The notes under the pieces are model-generated. The model was not told the origin of the DNA. It was given only the letters and a program-made list of their open reading frames with translations, and searched no databases. A program made the position numbers and the translations under genes. A stretch of DNA of 64,000 nt from Chiloscyllium plagiosum (lineage: Eukaryota), in NCBI RefSeq assembly GCF_004010195.1, contig NC_057719.1:82238600-82302599 (forward strand), given 5' to 3'. This document shows positions 24,101 through 37,314 of the stretch, in pieces (the first letter of the stretch is position 1; each line of letters begins with the position of its first letter).

Positions 24101-25081
24101 TCCAGTCGGAGATGTGTGACATTGCTGCAGCCAATGCCCTACTGCCATTTCAGGAGCTCATACATTGGGCCTACAAAGCCAGAAGTCCCCACTGACACCT
24201 CTACAGCCTCCCAGCGACGTCAGTGAGGTGAAGACAAAATGAATATTCTGCATCGGTTTTTACTTCATCCTTGAGAAAATCTCTTCGGTGCCATCTGCAG
24301 AAGCCAGAAATCCCACTGTATTTCCATTGCGTCCTGTGCCAACACATCAAGTTTATTTGCATAATGTCAAGAGATGCCCCAAAGTAATTTCTGTTCTAAC
24401 AGACTGTCACAAAGGAACACATCCCATTTCTGCTCCGCCACTGGTATGGTTTTGTTTGAGTTTATTGAAATATGCTTGTTTTCATCTAAAAAAAGTGAGA
24501 GAGACTGAAGGAAGGTGAGGTGGGGTGGGAATGTCGAGCAATCAGATCGGCCATGAGCCTTATTGGATGGCAGAGCAGGCTCGGGAGGCCAAGTGGTCAA
24601 CTGCTGCTCCAAATCTGCACATTGGTAAATTCTCGACATTGGCCCTGAATAGGCTGACAACCCATCCCTGGATCGGCTCAGCCCATCTCCAGGACACATT
24701 GCAATCCTGAAGAAAAACTTCAGGGACATTAAAAGATTTCGCCTTTTCCTTGGAACATTTCTCTTTCCCATTTCTTGCTTCCTGATTGGTGTAGGGAGGC
24801 AGTGTGTCATGAGGATGGACCTGTCAGCCGACCAATGGTTGCAGTGTTGGGGTACGTCACGAGATCAAACCTCCAGAAATTTATTTAATCACTGTTGGCA
24901 ACTCAATCACTAAACAGCTGAGCTGTCAATTTTATAGCTGAGCTCCTTTGTTCTGCACTTGCCCCTCTGTCTGAACTATTTGTGGTGGCCACCATAATTG
25001 ATCGACCTCTGCCACGCACTGTTCAGCTGCACATGCGGCAAGTGGTAAGACATTCGGGAAACGAGTGTGCCTCAGTAGTTT

Positions 25082-25620
25082 CATAGAGTCATACAGTGTG
25101 GAAACAGGCCCTTTGGCCCAACTTGTCCAGGCCAAGTTTCCCAAACTAAACTAGTTCCATTTGCCTGCATTTAGTCCATATCCTTCTAAACTTTTCCTGT
25201 CCATGTACCAGTCCAAGTGCCTTTTAAATGTTACAACTGTACCTGCATCTACCACTTCCTCCGGCAACTTGTTCCATAATTCCACCACTGTCCATGTGAA
25301 TATGTTGCCCCTCGGATTCTTATAAATCTTTCCCCTTTCACCTTGAACCTATGCCCTCTAGTTCCCTATTTACCTTATCTATGCATCTCATGATTTTATA
25401 AACCTCTATAAGGTTTATAAAACCTCAGCCTCCTATGTTCCAGGGGAAAAAGGTCCCAGCATATCCAGCCTCTGCTTATTATGCAAACCCTCCAGTCTCA
25501 GTAACATCCTTGTCAATCTTTTTTGCATCCTTTCCAGTTTAATAATGCCCTTCCTTTAGCAAGGCAACCAGAATTGTATGCAGTATCCAAATGTAGCCTC
25601 ACTAATGTTCTGAACAGCAG
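25082..25620 (-). mobile_element. CR1/HER1 3' fragment
   Basis: catagagtcatacagtgtggaaacaggccc tail and ORF2 remnant (LFRTLVRLHL). Confidence 0.85.
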
Positions 25621-25876
25621 AAGGCCATCGAGACAAAAATCCCGGAGATGAAAACACCCACATTTGAATTCTATATGGCTATGTTCTTTCTGATTGAGAT
25701 TCAAAGCCAACAGTGGAATGAGTCATGCTGGTAGTCAGTAAACACATGAGATAACGGGAAAAAAATTGATGAACAATCTACAGCCAGAGTTCATACACAG
25801 AGGGACAAAGTTTTGATGCATGAATGTTGAATCCACATTGATCTAACCCACAATGAGATTAAGACGGATCGATATA

Positions 25877-26514
25877 CCATAAAAGATCTCAAAGGTTCTC
25901 ATTACCCATGTAGGAGAGGCTGCAGAATTATTAAAGTCTCTTGATGCTCTATTTTACTGCAACAGCCTGTGTGAGTGCTGTGAGAATGGTGGGGAGCGGG
26001 GCATGGTTATCTCAATTCTAGCCTGCTCGCTTTCAGAGCCTCAGTTCATTCTCACGCTATCTCTAATTGGCACTTACAATGCTCGACATGCAATAATTTT
26101 AATTTGCAAAAGGTAATGGAAAATGTAAAAGCAATTTCAGAAAAGAGATGTATAAAGTTAAAAATCACACAACACCAGGTTATAGTCCATAAAAGATCTC
26201 AAAGGTTCTCATTACCCATGTAGGAGAGGCTGCAGAATTATTAAAGTCTCTTGATGCTCTATTTTACTGCAACAGCCTGTGTGAGTGCTGTGAGAATGGT
26301 GGGGAGCGGGGCATGGTTATCTCAATTCTAGCCTGCTCGCTTTCAGAGCCTCAGTTCATTCTCACGCTATCTCTAATTGGTACTTACAATGCTTGAAATT
26401 GCAATGCTCGACATGCAATAATTTTAACTTGCAAAAGGTAATGGAAAATGTAAAAGCAATTTCAGAAAAGAGATGTACGAAGTTAAAAATCACACAACAC
26501 CAGGTTATAGTCCA
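25877..26514. repeat. Tandem duplication, 310-bp offset
   Basis: 25877-26186 repeated from 26187; few substitutions and one ~15-bp indel. Confidence 0.95.
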
Positions 26515-26692
26515 ACAGGTTTAATTGGAAGCATTAGCTTTCAGAGCGTTGCTCCTTCATCAGGTGGTTGAGGAAGGAGCAGCCGCGCTCTGAAAGCTAG
26601 TGCTTCCAAATAAACCTGTTGGACTATAACCTGGTGTTGTGTGATTTTTAACTTTGTACACCCCAGTCCAACACCAACACCTCAAAATCATA
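26478..26692. mobile_element. Penelope-type fold-back insertion, family B (hammerhead with AGCT stem III)
   Basis: ~85-bp inverted repeat; minus strand reads ctgatga-a-ggagc-aac-gctct-gaaagcta; degenerate TSD at 26464-26477 / 26693-26706 (12/14). Confidence 0.7.
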
Positions 26693-26839
26693 AGAAAAAA
26701 GGTGTAAACCTCAAGTGTCCAATAGATCTGCTTTAAACTAATCCTTGCAAAGTTGATATGGAATATTTGAGTTTGTGATGTGCGAAGAGGGATCTTGTCA
26801 GACAAGGTCTCACTAGGTTCACTCTCCATTCTCAGTCAA

Positions 26840-26965
26840 ATCGGCATGGGCCCAAGCCCCAATCTTGAGACTCGGGGTTAATCTCTAAGCTGACACCCTG
26901 ATGCAGTACTGAGTGAGTGCTGCACTTTCGGAGGTGTTGTTCCTCATTCAAGGTATTAAACTAAT
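26840..26965 (+). mobile_element. Deu-SINE 5' fragment
   Basis: ctgacaccctgatgcagtactgagtgagtgctgcactttcggaggtg, similar to 4030-4110. Confidence 0.5.
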
Positions 26966-27539
26966 CTCTTTTAGTGAGCTCCCCACCATCACACGTGCCT
27001 GTCTCCCAACAACTGGATTCACCCAAGGCCAGAATCTTATAAGGGCCTGAAGGGTTTGGGCTATGCCAAGATTTGTGGCAGACTCACATGAGAAATCCAT
27101 CGAGGCCTATCCCAACATGGGGGACAACTCGCTCCAACGACTTTACGTCTGCTGGGCGGTGAAGCGAGTTTCTCACCAGACAGTGCCAAGGTGCCAATCG
27201 TTGCTTACTAACAACACATCTTGCCTCATTGATAAGCAGCTTCCTGTGTTCTCAAAAGCACTGAGCAAACGAGACACTGAGGATTCTTGAGCTGGAAGTC
27301 AGAGCGGCTGCCTGGTGACTTCACCTCACTACTCATTTCTTCAGCCTCCATGTTGACATCGTGGCATAGTCCATGGGCACCAGCATGAACATTGACGTCT
27401 GACATATGCCAGCCTCGAAGACCCCTTGCGGCACATCTCCAATCCATTTATGCTTCTCCACCTCGGTCTGCCCCACTAACTCTCATTGCAACACTGTGTG
27501 CTCATGGACTGGACCAGGCTGTATCCCCAGGCTCTTCAT

Positions 27540-28015
27540 TCACTTTTATAGCCTTCACTCACTCTGAACCTGCCTGGATGCCCACCTTGCCCTTCCATTG
27601 CCTTCCTCTTTGTGTATTGCCCCCTTAGCCAGAGTTCTGCAATCCTTCCTCCCGCTCCCACCACCATCATTGAGGATATAGATATTTTTTGACCCTCCTC
27701 CTCCAATGAGTTGTTTAATTTTCCACCACCGTTCACGACTGGATGTGACTTCAAGGACTGCTGAACTTAGGTCTGAGCCATCGGTTGTGGGAATGCTTGG
27801 CTCTGTCTATCACTTGCTACTTATGTTGCTTGGAATGCGAGTAGCCCTGTTTGGCAGCTTCACCAGGTTGATACCATCAGTTTCAGGGAATCACGGGTTG
27901 TGGGAGAAAAGGCAGAAAAATGGAGTTGAGGATTATAAGATTAGTCATGATTTCATCGAATGGCAAAGTAGACTTGATGGGCTGAACGGCCTACGTCTGC
28001 TCCTATGGTCTTAAA
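27540..28015. mobile_element. Decayed LINE fragments (minus-strand L2/CR1-group ORF2 piece, then a plus-strand CR1 tail from ~27880)
   Basis: ccaccaccgttcacgactggatgtg...; ggttgtgggagaaaaggcag...gggctgaacggcctac. Confidence 0.55.
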
Positions 28016-28984
28016 GGAGGAATAGGAGTGAGATGGAGTGGCGTATGAAGGGACTTAATGAGTTTAGGGGCGAAGCAACTTGAACTCATGACAGCAACAG
28101 TGGAGGAAGCAAAATCAGGGTCTGCAGAACAGATCAGAGTTGCCAGAACATGGACATCGTTCATCTAGTTACTAGAGAAAAAAAAACTACTAATTGGATT
28201 GAAGCAGTCCTAACAACTGGTTCCTTTAATTGCACATTGATAATTGATTCATTAATACAACAGTGTTAATCACCCAGGTTCACCCGAGCAACACCTCCTG
28301 AGGATTGCAGTGATGTTACTTCAGTACTGGATCATCTAAAGTGCAATGCAATTATAACATTACAAATTGACTGTGTGTGTGTGTTTTAATTACATTAGTT
28401 TGGACCTGATAGGATTTTAATTTTAGTTCTTGCCCTTTAACATGTCTCAGAAAACAAACTCTTCAGAACCAACTCAAGAGATTCATGCAGGGCCTCATGG
28501 GAGTAACATTGCACATTGTCGTTCAGTATACAGGCAAGGAGCCAAGTGAAGTATTCACATTCTGATTAAAAATCAACAATCTCAGCAAATTGACAATGGA
28601 GTGTGAAACTGCGAGGTACTGGTCTAGGGGCACTGGAGAAAGTACACAAAATATGGTTGACACCTCAACCGGGAGAGAGGTGATTATTACGGGCGGGAGA
28701 CTGATTAGGCTCCTGGTTTGATTCTGGAAAACAGGAGGCTAAGGGCCACCCAACTTGTATAAGGGTTTGATTGGGTCACTGTGGAGAAAATAGGGTTCGA
28801 AATGCATGGGTGAGGGGTGGTGGGTGGGAAGGGGGTGCAGAGTTTGCACAGCTGCTTTCAAAAGCACCCTCTCTCCCCGAAAACCCTGGGGAAATTCCAT
28901 CGGGGGACAACCAACAGAATAAGGGGAAAGTCAGTTCCATGTACAGGAAAGATGGAATCTGTGAGCAGCTACCCCTCCAATTAC

Positions 28985-29530
28985 AAACTCTTTCTCTCTC
29001 ATGTGAGTAGAGCAGTAATGGTGAGAGAGAGAGAGAGAAGAGAAAAACACTCCGAGAGGGTTGTGAGAGAAAAAGAGACAAAGCAAGAAAGAAAGAGAGA
29101 AACACTCCAAGAGGTTGACAGAGAGAGAGAGAAAGAAAGAAAGACTCAGAGGTGGAGAGAGCAAGAGAGAGAAAAGTGGGGAGAGGGAGGTGGAGAGAGA
29201 CAGAGAGAGAGAGAGGAAGAAACTGAGAGATAGACTCTGAGGCGGTGACAGAGTGAAAACCTCCGAGGGAATGAATGAGAGTAGCAGACGGTGAGAGGAA
29301 GCCTCAGATGGGATGAGGGAGACACGCCTTGAGGGGGTGAGACAGACCAACCCTGTAGAGGGTCAGAGTGAGATACAAAGAAAGAAAGACAGATTCCAGG
29401 GGAGGCTGAGAGAGAGCAAGATTGTGAGAATGCCACATAGAGAGAGAGAGAGAGAGCGAGAGATAACATTCTGAGGAGGATAGTCTGTCACTGAGGGATG
29501 AGAGAGTCTCTGAGGAGCCAAAAAGAGGAT
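28985..29530. repeat. GA-rich low-complexity / (GA)n microsatellite tract
   Basis: Multiple (GA)n runs; purine-rich plus strand. Confidence 0.9.
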
Positions 29531-30629
29531 AAGAAATGGGGCTGCTGACTGTGTGAGTGGCAGATGGGTGGGAGAAGATATGGGAAATGGGGAACCTTGT
29601 GCCCCCCCTCCCTCCACTTCTGACTAATAGCACTTCCAGCTCCTTTGGAAGTTGATGTACCGTATTGATTCGGTGAACTGACAGCCCCCACTAATTTATC
29701 AAAATGATCCCCAGCCACTATCTGTGTTTATTGGGTGATTGTATTATTTCACTTGCAAGGAAGACACAAACATAATAAATAGATTGTCATTAATAAATCC
29801 AAAAGCCAATGCAGAAGGAGACTTTTTTTCTCAGAGGGGGATTCAGAATGTGAAATTTTCTCCAATTTGGTGTAATTCAAGTGAATGGCATAGGTGCCCC
29901 CATTAAGCACAATAATGTGCATGAAGGCTAAAGGTACAGACGGATGTGTCAATCGGACGAGATGAGGAGAGGAGGAAAGAGGGTCATAAATCCTGGCATG
30001 GACTAATTGGGCCGGTCTGGCTTGTTTCTGTCCTGTAAAATTCTACCTAATTCATGAAAGATACTGTATAATGTGAGGCAATTCTTTCTTTAAGTTGTTT
30101 TGCTGACATTACCAGCAAGTAACCAAGTGGTGGAAGTGACACGGGTGAGGAAGTGTAAGGCTTACAGGCAACTGGAAATACAAAGAGTCAGAGCACCAAT
30201 GAATGTAAATTAGCTACATGATTTGAACTTGCTATCCTGTGAGTGACAGACTTAATAACGCAAATATAATAAATAGCATATAAAAGATTTTTAAAATGCC
30301 CATTTTTTTCACAAAACTAATTATTTCCTTCAGCAATTTTAATAGCACAGTTAGCATTCCAATTAGACAAGGATGTTAAGATTACATCTTAGCTTGGAGG
30401 CAGCGTGGGAGTTTATTGCTAGCGTGGAGCAAATGGAGGTTTTCTTCACTGTCGTAGCAAGCAAATCATTTGAAGATTTCCTTTTGTTCCCAGGGAGGTT
30501 GTTCTGGCTATGACTCAGTTAACAGAGCTCTTCCACAGAGGCTGTGGACTCAAGTCCCATCTCAGAAAGTGATGGTTGATGCTCCAATGCAGGAGTGAGG
30601 GGGCACTGTCTTTCAGAAGGCAGGACCTC

Positions 30630-31140
30630 TTTCCTTCCAAACCCTTCCTATTCATGTACCCATCCAGATGACTTTTAAATGCTGTAATTGTACCAGCCTC
30701 CACCACTTCCTCTGGCAGCTCATTCCGTACACGTACCACCCTCTGTGTGAAAACATTGCCCCTTAGATCCTTTCCCATCTCATCTTAGACCTACTCACTC
30801 AAGTTTTGAACTCCCCTACCCCACCCTTTTCATGCTTCTCATGATTTTACTAACTTCTATAACGTCACCCCTCAGCCTCTGATGCTCCAGGGAAAATAAC
30901 CCCAGTCCCTATAGCTCAAACCCTCCAACCCTGGCAATATCCTTGTAAATCTTTTCTGAACCCTTTCAAGTTTCACAATACTTTTTCCTATAGCAGGGCG
31001 ACCAGAATTGAATGTGGTATTCCAAAAGTGGCCGAACCAATGTCTTGTACAGCTGCAACGTGACCTCCCAACTCCTATATGCAATGCACTGACCAATAAA
31101 GGTAAGTGTATCAAACACCTTCTTCAATACCCTATCTCCT
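30630..31140 (-). mobile_element. CR1 LINE 3' fragment
   Basis: ORFs: LQLYKTLVRPLLEY..QFWSP; KLERVQKRFTRILPGLEGLSY. Confidence 0.85.
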
Positions 31141-32094
31141 GTCAACACAAATACAGAAAGTATTGTCACTACATGACTGTATTACCTCATAAATGAATTA
31201 ATGAGAATGAAAAGTGAGCCCCTGAGAACCAAAAAATGTAGCCCCCAGAAATCAAAAATAGCCCTGAAGGAAATCTCAAAAGCAGTCCTCCAAAAATATG
31301 ATTTTGACACTGGGCCAGGCTTAACTATGCCAAGCTATGTATACAATATGAGCAACCAAATTATGGGTAATTGTCTGATTAAAGTATTGGTTGCAAAGTG
31401 TATAACTGTGAAAACCTGAGCTTTATAAATGGAGACATAGAGTGCAAACTTTTTACTGAAGCAATAAAAAGAGTTTGACCCCCATTGCGGCTGTTTCAAA
31501 TCTTTGGGCACCAGGAAGATGAAGCAGTTGAGTAGAGAGTTCACAACAGATTGACTAGAATAGCTCCAGGGATGAAAGATGAAGAGGAAGCTGGGGTTTC
31601 TCTCCTTGGAACCAAGAGGTCATGGGGCAATTGATGGTGTATATGTGTACACTGATAAATGGTTTAGATAGAATGGCTAGAAATTGTTACCAATGATTAA
31701 AGGTTTGGGCTAGATTTAACTTTATTTAAGTTGAGTTGCAAAAAAAAGAGAGATGACACTGGGAAACAATTTATCCAAGTAGTGGTTTGGATTTGAAATG
31801 CACTCCCTGTGTGAAATTGAGGTAAATATGGATTCAAATTAGTGCTCCAAAGGAAATCGGATAAATAAATGAAGGAAGGAAAGGAAAGGCAGTGGTAGGA
31901 CTGACTGGATTTCTCTTCAAGAGTACTGGTGTAGTCTCAATGGCTTCCTTCAGTGTTGCAGTATTCTGCTGGAGCCAAAATGTACCAAGAAGGCACTTGA
32001 CAGAAGGTGGTGAGGGTTAAAAGGTGGGGGGAGGCAGTGAGTGAGTAAGAGATAAAGCCTAGAAAACAGGACAGACACGAGGGCCTGCGATTTC

Positions 32095-32275
32095 TCTCCC
32101 TGGCCCTGGTGCCCATCAGGCAGGCTGCTTTTTTCTGGATGGTATCAAGCTTCTTGAGCGTTGTTGGAGCTGTACCCATCCAGATGAGTGGGGAGTAGTC
32201 CGTCAAACTCCTGACTGATTCCATGTAGTTGGTGGAAAGGCACTGAGGAGTCAGGAGGTGAGTTACTCAGCACAG
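32095..32275 (-). mobile_element. L2/CR1-group LINE ORF2 fragment
   Basis: DYSPLIWMGTAPTTLKKLDTIQKKAACL; homologous to 37660-37730. Confidence 0.7.
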
Positions 32276-33707
32276 ATAGCTAATTGTTGCTGGAGACAAT
32301 TAGTTGCTTCAAACAAGAGAGAGGGCTTTCTTTGCAGCTAGGTGGCTCTCTGCTGCACTGGCCCCACACAAGGCATGGTCACCTAGTCAGGAGACAATCA
32401 ACACATTGTTGTCAAACAATGATCCCACTTAATTCAGAACGCACTGGCTCTGTGGCATCTACTTTCGCTCTCTCTGTACCAGGGAAAGCAAAGCTGTGCA
32501 CAACTCACCTACGTACACTGGTAAATGTGAGTTTTAAAACCGCAGCCATCTCCTTACACAGTCTCCTTGGTTTAAAGCACTATCTCCCTTAGTTACTTTG
32601 CTGTTCAAAAATAAAGGAAATGCAAGAATGTGGTGATGTTTGAGCAAGGATTATAATGAGGTATGAAGATGAGTAGCCCTGCAAATGAAGTACCAGTGAG
32701 CAGGTTATTGCTGAGCAAGTGCTTTATCCCTTTAATCCCGAAAATTCTTCCATTTGAATAGGTACCCAATTCCTTTTTGTGGTTCCTATCGAATCTGCTT
32801 CCACCAAACTGTTTAAGCGATGACATTTGGATTAAAACAATGTGCTACATTCAAAATGGATGACAGCCAGTCAGTAACCTGTTTGCATCTCTACTGATAC
32901 CCACTTCCATCACAGATTACAATATTTGGAGAATAACTGGCTGGGTTCATTATTTATGAATCTTTGATCTAGAAGTGTAAATTTCCAATGCAATACTTTC
33001 ACAATCCAAATTTAATGATGTATTTAGCAATCTAAATAGACTTCTTGTGTAAGATTGCTTGAATTCACATTTCTGGTTGCAATGCGTAACTAATTCTGTG
33101 GCTATGGTTTAGCTGTGCAAGGTTTCTTTAAACTAGGTCCAATGCCAACCCTTGCCAGTATTGAGATTATGTCTTTGACAGTTCCAGGTGCCAAGAAACT
33201 GTGAGCAGAACTGATTGAAAAGATTGATCGGAGGTCAAGACAGGCACTACTGTGCTCATCAGTCCAGGCAATCACTCCGTTGTGAGATTCATTTACTCGC
33301 TTTTTTAAAAATCATGTCACAACGTGAATTTACAATAAAAAAAACTTTCACAAATGCATCTGTCCTCAATCTGGCAACTCTTTGTTTGAGAACGTGTGTC
33401 CTGAAAGGAGAAATTTATGCTAATACCAATCCAGCAAACCGTGAAAGATCTGACAGGGCGGGAGTGAAAGAAAAGTCATTTTCTGGTGGAGCAGTCCGGA
33501 TGGGGAGATGCAGCTGTCAAGTTAGGACCTCACCATTCCAGAAGTGGGCCAGGAAATGTTTTCACACAAAGCATAGTGAAATGCTGGACTTCTGCTACTA
33601 GCGGATGCCAGGAGGCAATCGGAGCTTCTGTTGTTAAGGCCTGCAGGTTTTTGTAAGGTAAGTTATCAAGGAGTGAAGGTGGCGAAATGAAGTGTTTGCT
33701 TGATGCT

Positions 33708-33835
33708 GCTGATGAAGGGCTTATGCCTGAAACATTGACTCTTCTGCTCCTTGGATGCTGCCTGTTCTGCTGTGCTTTTCCAGAGCCATACTTTTTAACT
33801 CTGACTCTCCAGCATATGTAGTCCTCACTTTCCCC
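33708..33835 (+). mobile_element. Penelope pLTR fragment starting at the hammerhead core
   Basis: ctgatgaagggcttatgcctgaaacattg...gtcctcactttcccc. Confidence 0.75.
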
Positions 33836-34169
33836 TTCATGCACATTATAACCAGTCTCCATGGCTAGCACATCGTTAGATGGGACTTGAACCTAGACCA
33901 AGAGGTAAGGGCAGTACCTCTGCACCACAAGACCCATGGATTAGTGAAATGTGGGATGACCATGATCAAATTGAATGACAGAGCAGATTTAATGGGTTGA
34001 CTACTTCATTGCTGCTCTTAATGCTGCTATGTTGGACAAACTGTAGATGTTTCACAAGCATTTAACTCACTAACAGGAGAAAATGAAAGCTGATAACTTT
34101 TTTGTCAACCATGCTGTCCTGTAGGCCTTTTCCTGCTTTAGGTCCTCAGCAGTGTAACATATTTTGGTG

Positions 34170-34570
34170 CAGCTGAGGGCCAGTGTGGAGCGGACTAGAG
34201 GCTTGGAATGGAGCAGGATTGCCGTTGGACTGGGCCCTGCGGTCAGACCACGTGCTCTCTGTGCTGCTGTAATGTAATGTCGATCTGAAATTCTTTATCG
34301 GTCAATCCTTTAACTATGTTATAACTATCTTGCTTCTAACTTGTTTTTTAGACACTGTAAGTAATGCTACTACTTTTCCTTTTATTCTTCTTTTGTATCC
34401 AAGATCTGTACCTCAGTACTTGTACCTACGATGGCACCATTAATGGCAGCCATTGTGAAAACTTCTCATCGAACTCCTGTACTTCTGTAGAGGAGTAAAC
34501 GTGACAATGAAAGGTATTCTACTCTATTCTAAGCTATTTTATTCTATTCTCAACTATTCTACTCTATTCC
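34170..34570 (+). mobile_element. Non-autonomous repeat with LINE-type tail ending in (ctatt)n
   Basis: Similar to 22530-22998. Confidence 0.5.
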
Positions 34571-35009
34571 ATAAATCATTATTCACATTTCACAATAGAC
34601 CAAGAGAGAAGATTATAAATATACAAAGGCATAGAAAAGAGGTGAGATTGAAATTGTTCTCCTTTCAAATGCTCACATCTCAAATGATTGGCAGGCTGAC
34701 CACTTCTCTCAGTGGCGTGGGTCATTTCAGTGTGAAGAGCAGACTCCTCAGACTGAGCTGGAGCTTATGTGTAGTAATTGTGTAATGCCTGTGGACAAGA
34801 AAGACAATAGCCTCATGGAAGGGGCTAAGAATCAGATGTGGGATATGTCTTTGGGTTGAGATGGTGTGAACTAGGGAATCGTATGCCCATGTGTAGGGTC
34901 CCTGGAGTTCTCTCACAGTCCAATCGCCCCTAATCACTTCTAGGTTTTGGAGTATGTCAAGGATTACTCCCCATGTTGCTTTGCATTATCAACTGCATTA
35001 CCAAAAGCA

Positions 35010-35320
35010 GGCAATGACCTAGTGGTATTATCCACTATTAACCCAGAGACCCAGGCCATGTTCTGGGTGGCCAGGGTTGGAACCCAATGGTGGAATTGAA
35101 TTCAGCAAAGAGTCTGAAATTACGAGATTAATGACAACTGTGAAAATTGTCACAAAAACCCACTTGGTTCACTGATCCCCTTCTGGGAAGGAAACTGCGG
35201 TTTCACCTGGGCCAGCCTACATGTGACTCCAGACCCACGGCAACGTTGTTAAGTCTCACCTGCCCTCTGGACAATTAGGGATGGGTGATAAATGCTGGCC
35301 TGGCCAATGATGCCAGAATT
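35010..35320 (+). mobile_element. tRNA-derived SINE, family 2, with LINE-derived tail
   Basis: Same family as 43105, 45205 and 46925; ends gggatgggYRataaatgctggcct. Confidence 0.75.
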
Positions 35321-35464
35321 GAAAACAAAAATAGACTTTGTTTCTCATGTAGCAAGAATAATTATTAATGCTTGCAGCGAATTTCAAACACAGCATCTCA
35401 AGCCTGAATCTCAGCCCCTATTCTGCCCATTCCTAGAGTCAGATTAGGCCGAAGCCTATAGTAG

Positions 35465-35610
35465 AGTCGAGAGTATGATACTGGCATAAGCCCTTCATGC
35501 CCGAAACGTCGATTCTCCTGCTCCTCAAATGCTGCCTGACCTGCTGTGCTTTTCCAGCACCACACTGTTGACTCTGATCTCCAGCATCTGCAATTCTTAC
35601 TTTCTCCTAT
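35465..35610. mobile_element. Penelope pLTR insertion with a short inverted 5' piece, 14-bp TSD
   Basis: gaagcctatagtag at 35451-35464 and 35611-35624. Confidence 0.8.
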
Positions 35611-35804
35611 GAAGCCTATAGTAGGGCCTGTCTCCAGCCAGTGGGTGAGGTAGAGCATGGAATGTATAAATCTATGGTGAGGAGAACATATTAATGCAGT
35701 CAAACATTTTGTCAGTTCCCAGATTGTCTGTGGTTAAATAAAGCCCCTTAAGATCATGAAGTCTGTCCCCAAAAGATTACCCTCAATAAAAAGGGAAAAT
35801 CTTT

Positions 35805-36072
35805 ATAGAATCCACACAGTGTGGAAACAGGCCATTTGGCCCAACAAGTCCACACCGACTCTCCAAAGAGCATCCCATGCAGGTTCAATACCCCACCCTC
35901 AAGCTCTGCATTTCCCATGGCTAACCTGTACATCTTTGGATTGTGGGAAGAAACCAGAGCACCCAAGAGGAACATGCAAACTCCACACAGACAGTCACCC
36001 GAGGTAGGAATTGAACCCAGGTCTCTGGTGCTGCGAGGCAGCAGTGCTAACCACTGAGCCACCGTGCTGCCC
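35805..36072 (-). mobile_element. HE1 SINE, near full length
   Basis: Head, V-core and tail match 58472-58774. Confidence 0.9.
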
Positions 36073-37314
36073 CTGTGAGCCTATGAAAAGGTGTGATACA
36101 TTTCTGCAGATGCAGGAAATGCTGGAACGACTCGGGAATCAGCTTCGGAATTCTGCTCCTCTCTGTCTCCCCGGATGTTACCTAGTCTGTTTCGCCTCCC
36201 ACCATTCTCTGCTTTCCAGAATCTGCTCAGTTCTGCTGCAGTTTTTGCATTTCTGTAGCACCTTTCATGACCTCAAACCATAGTGCTTTACAACCAATAA
36301 ATTCCTTTTTTAAAGAAAGGTGTGATAATGGTGGCCATCTTCAGGCCCCCAGGAGATAGGGGAGAACGCCCATGTTCCTCTTCACTGGATCTTCATTCAT
36401 CCAGGAGGTCATCCAGCACCCTCTTCAAACCTCCCAGCACCTGCTGAGTACAACAACACTCTGTCAGCCTGGATTGCACACCCAAGATGTTGATTTGAAC
36501 GCAGGACCTTCAGCTCGGAATATAGAATGCTGCTTTATCAGCCTTGCTTGTTCTTAACCAATAATTTTCTTTGCCCGGTGTACCTGAGAACAATGGTCAA
36601 TTTACAGAAAGAGGTGAATTTCAGGCAAGCTCACTATTTAAGTAATAGGGAACGGTTTACAAGGGCAAACAGCAATTTGATAAGGTCACATCAAATTTGC
36701 TTTCCTCTCTATTTTTCCCACCTTCCCCATTTGCCTCACTGATGGCTTCGTTCTGATAACTCAGAAGCAATGAGTTCAGAATTTAGAATGAGAATAAACT
36801 CTTTGTCCCTCACTGTCGCCTCAATAAGAGCTGGAATTATTTAGCTGTGAAAGGATCTTATCTCCAAACTTCTCGCTGGGGAGAAAGAAATAAGTAATAA
36901 CTCTGGCTATTATTACAGCTAGTCATTTATTTGGATTTGTTCAATTGACCGATGATATGTGAGAAGGCAGTTATGATTGTAAAGTGAGAGGGGACAGTTA
37001 AAGCACTAAGATTTCTATGAGGCCTGTTAGCAAGCACAGAGATTGCAATGAGCGAATGCTCAACTCCCAGTTGAGGTAAAGTGTTCAGCACATATACCTC
37101 CTACTGTCTGCTCACCCCCATGATTGTGGCATTGTTAACCTGTGCTAGCCTCTGGCTCGGCAAGTTGAAGGAAGGAGGGCTAAAGGTGTCCATGGCAACC
37201 ACAAGTCACAGCTTAGCCTAACCTTCTTAAAGGCAATTGCAACTTGGCATCACCAGAAACATCCAGAAAGGAAACTACACTTCACCCGATTTGACATGAT
37301 TAAAAGATACTTCT

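Noticed and set aside
28776..29718. Cluster of overlapping ORFs (RE-rich / SL-rich)
   Set aside because: Stop-poor GA microsatellite, not coding; same for 49089-49631
32344..32358. CTCF-like site near gctaggtggc
   Set aside because: Mismatches in the core; expected by chance in 64 kb
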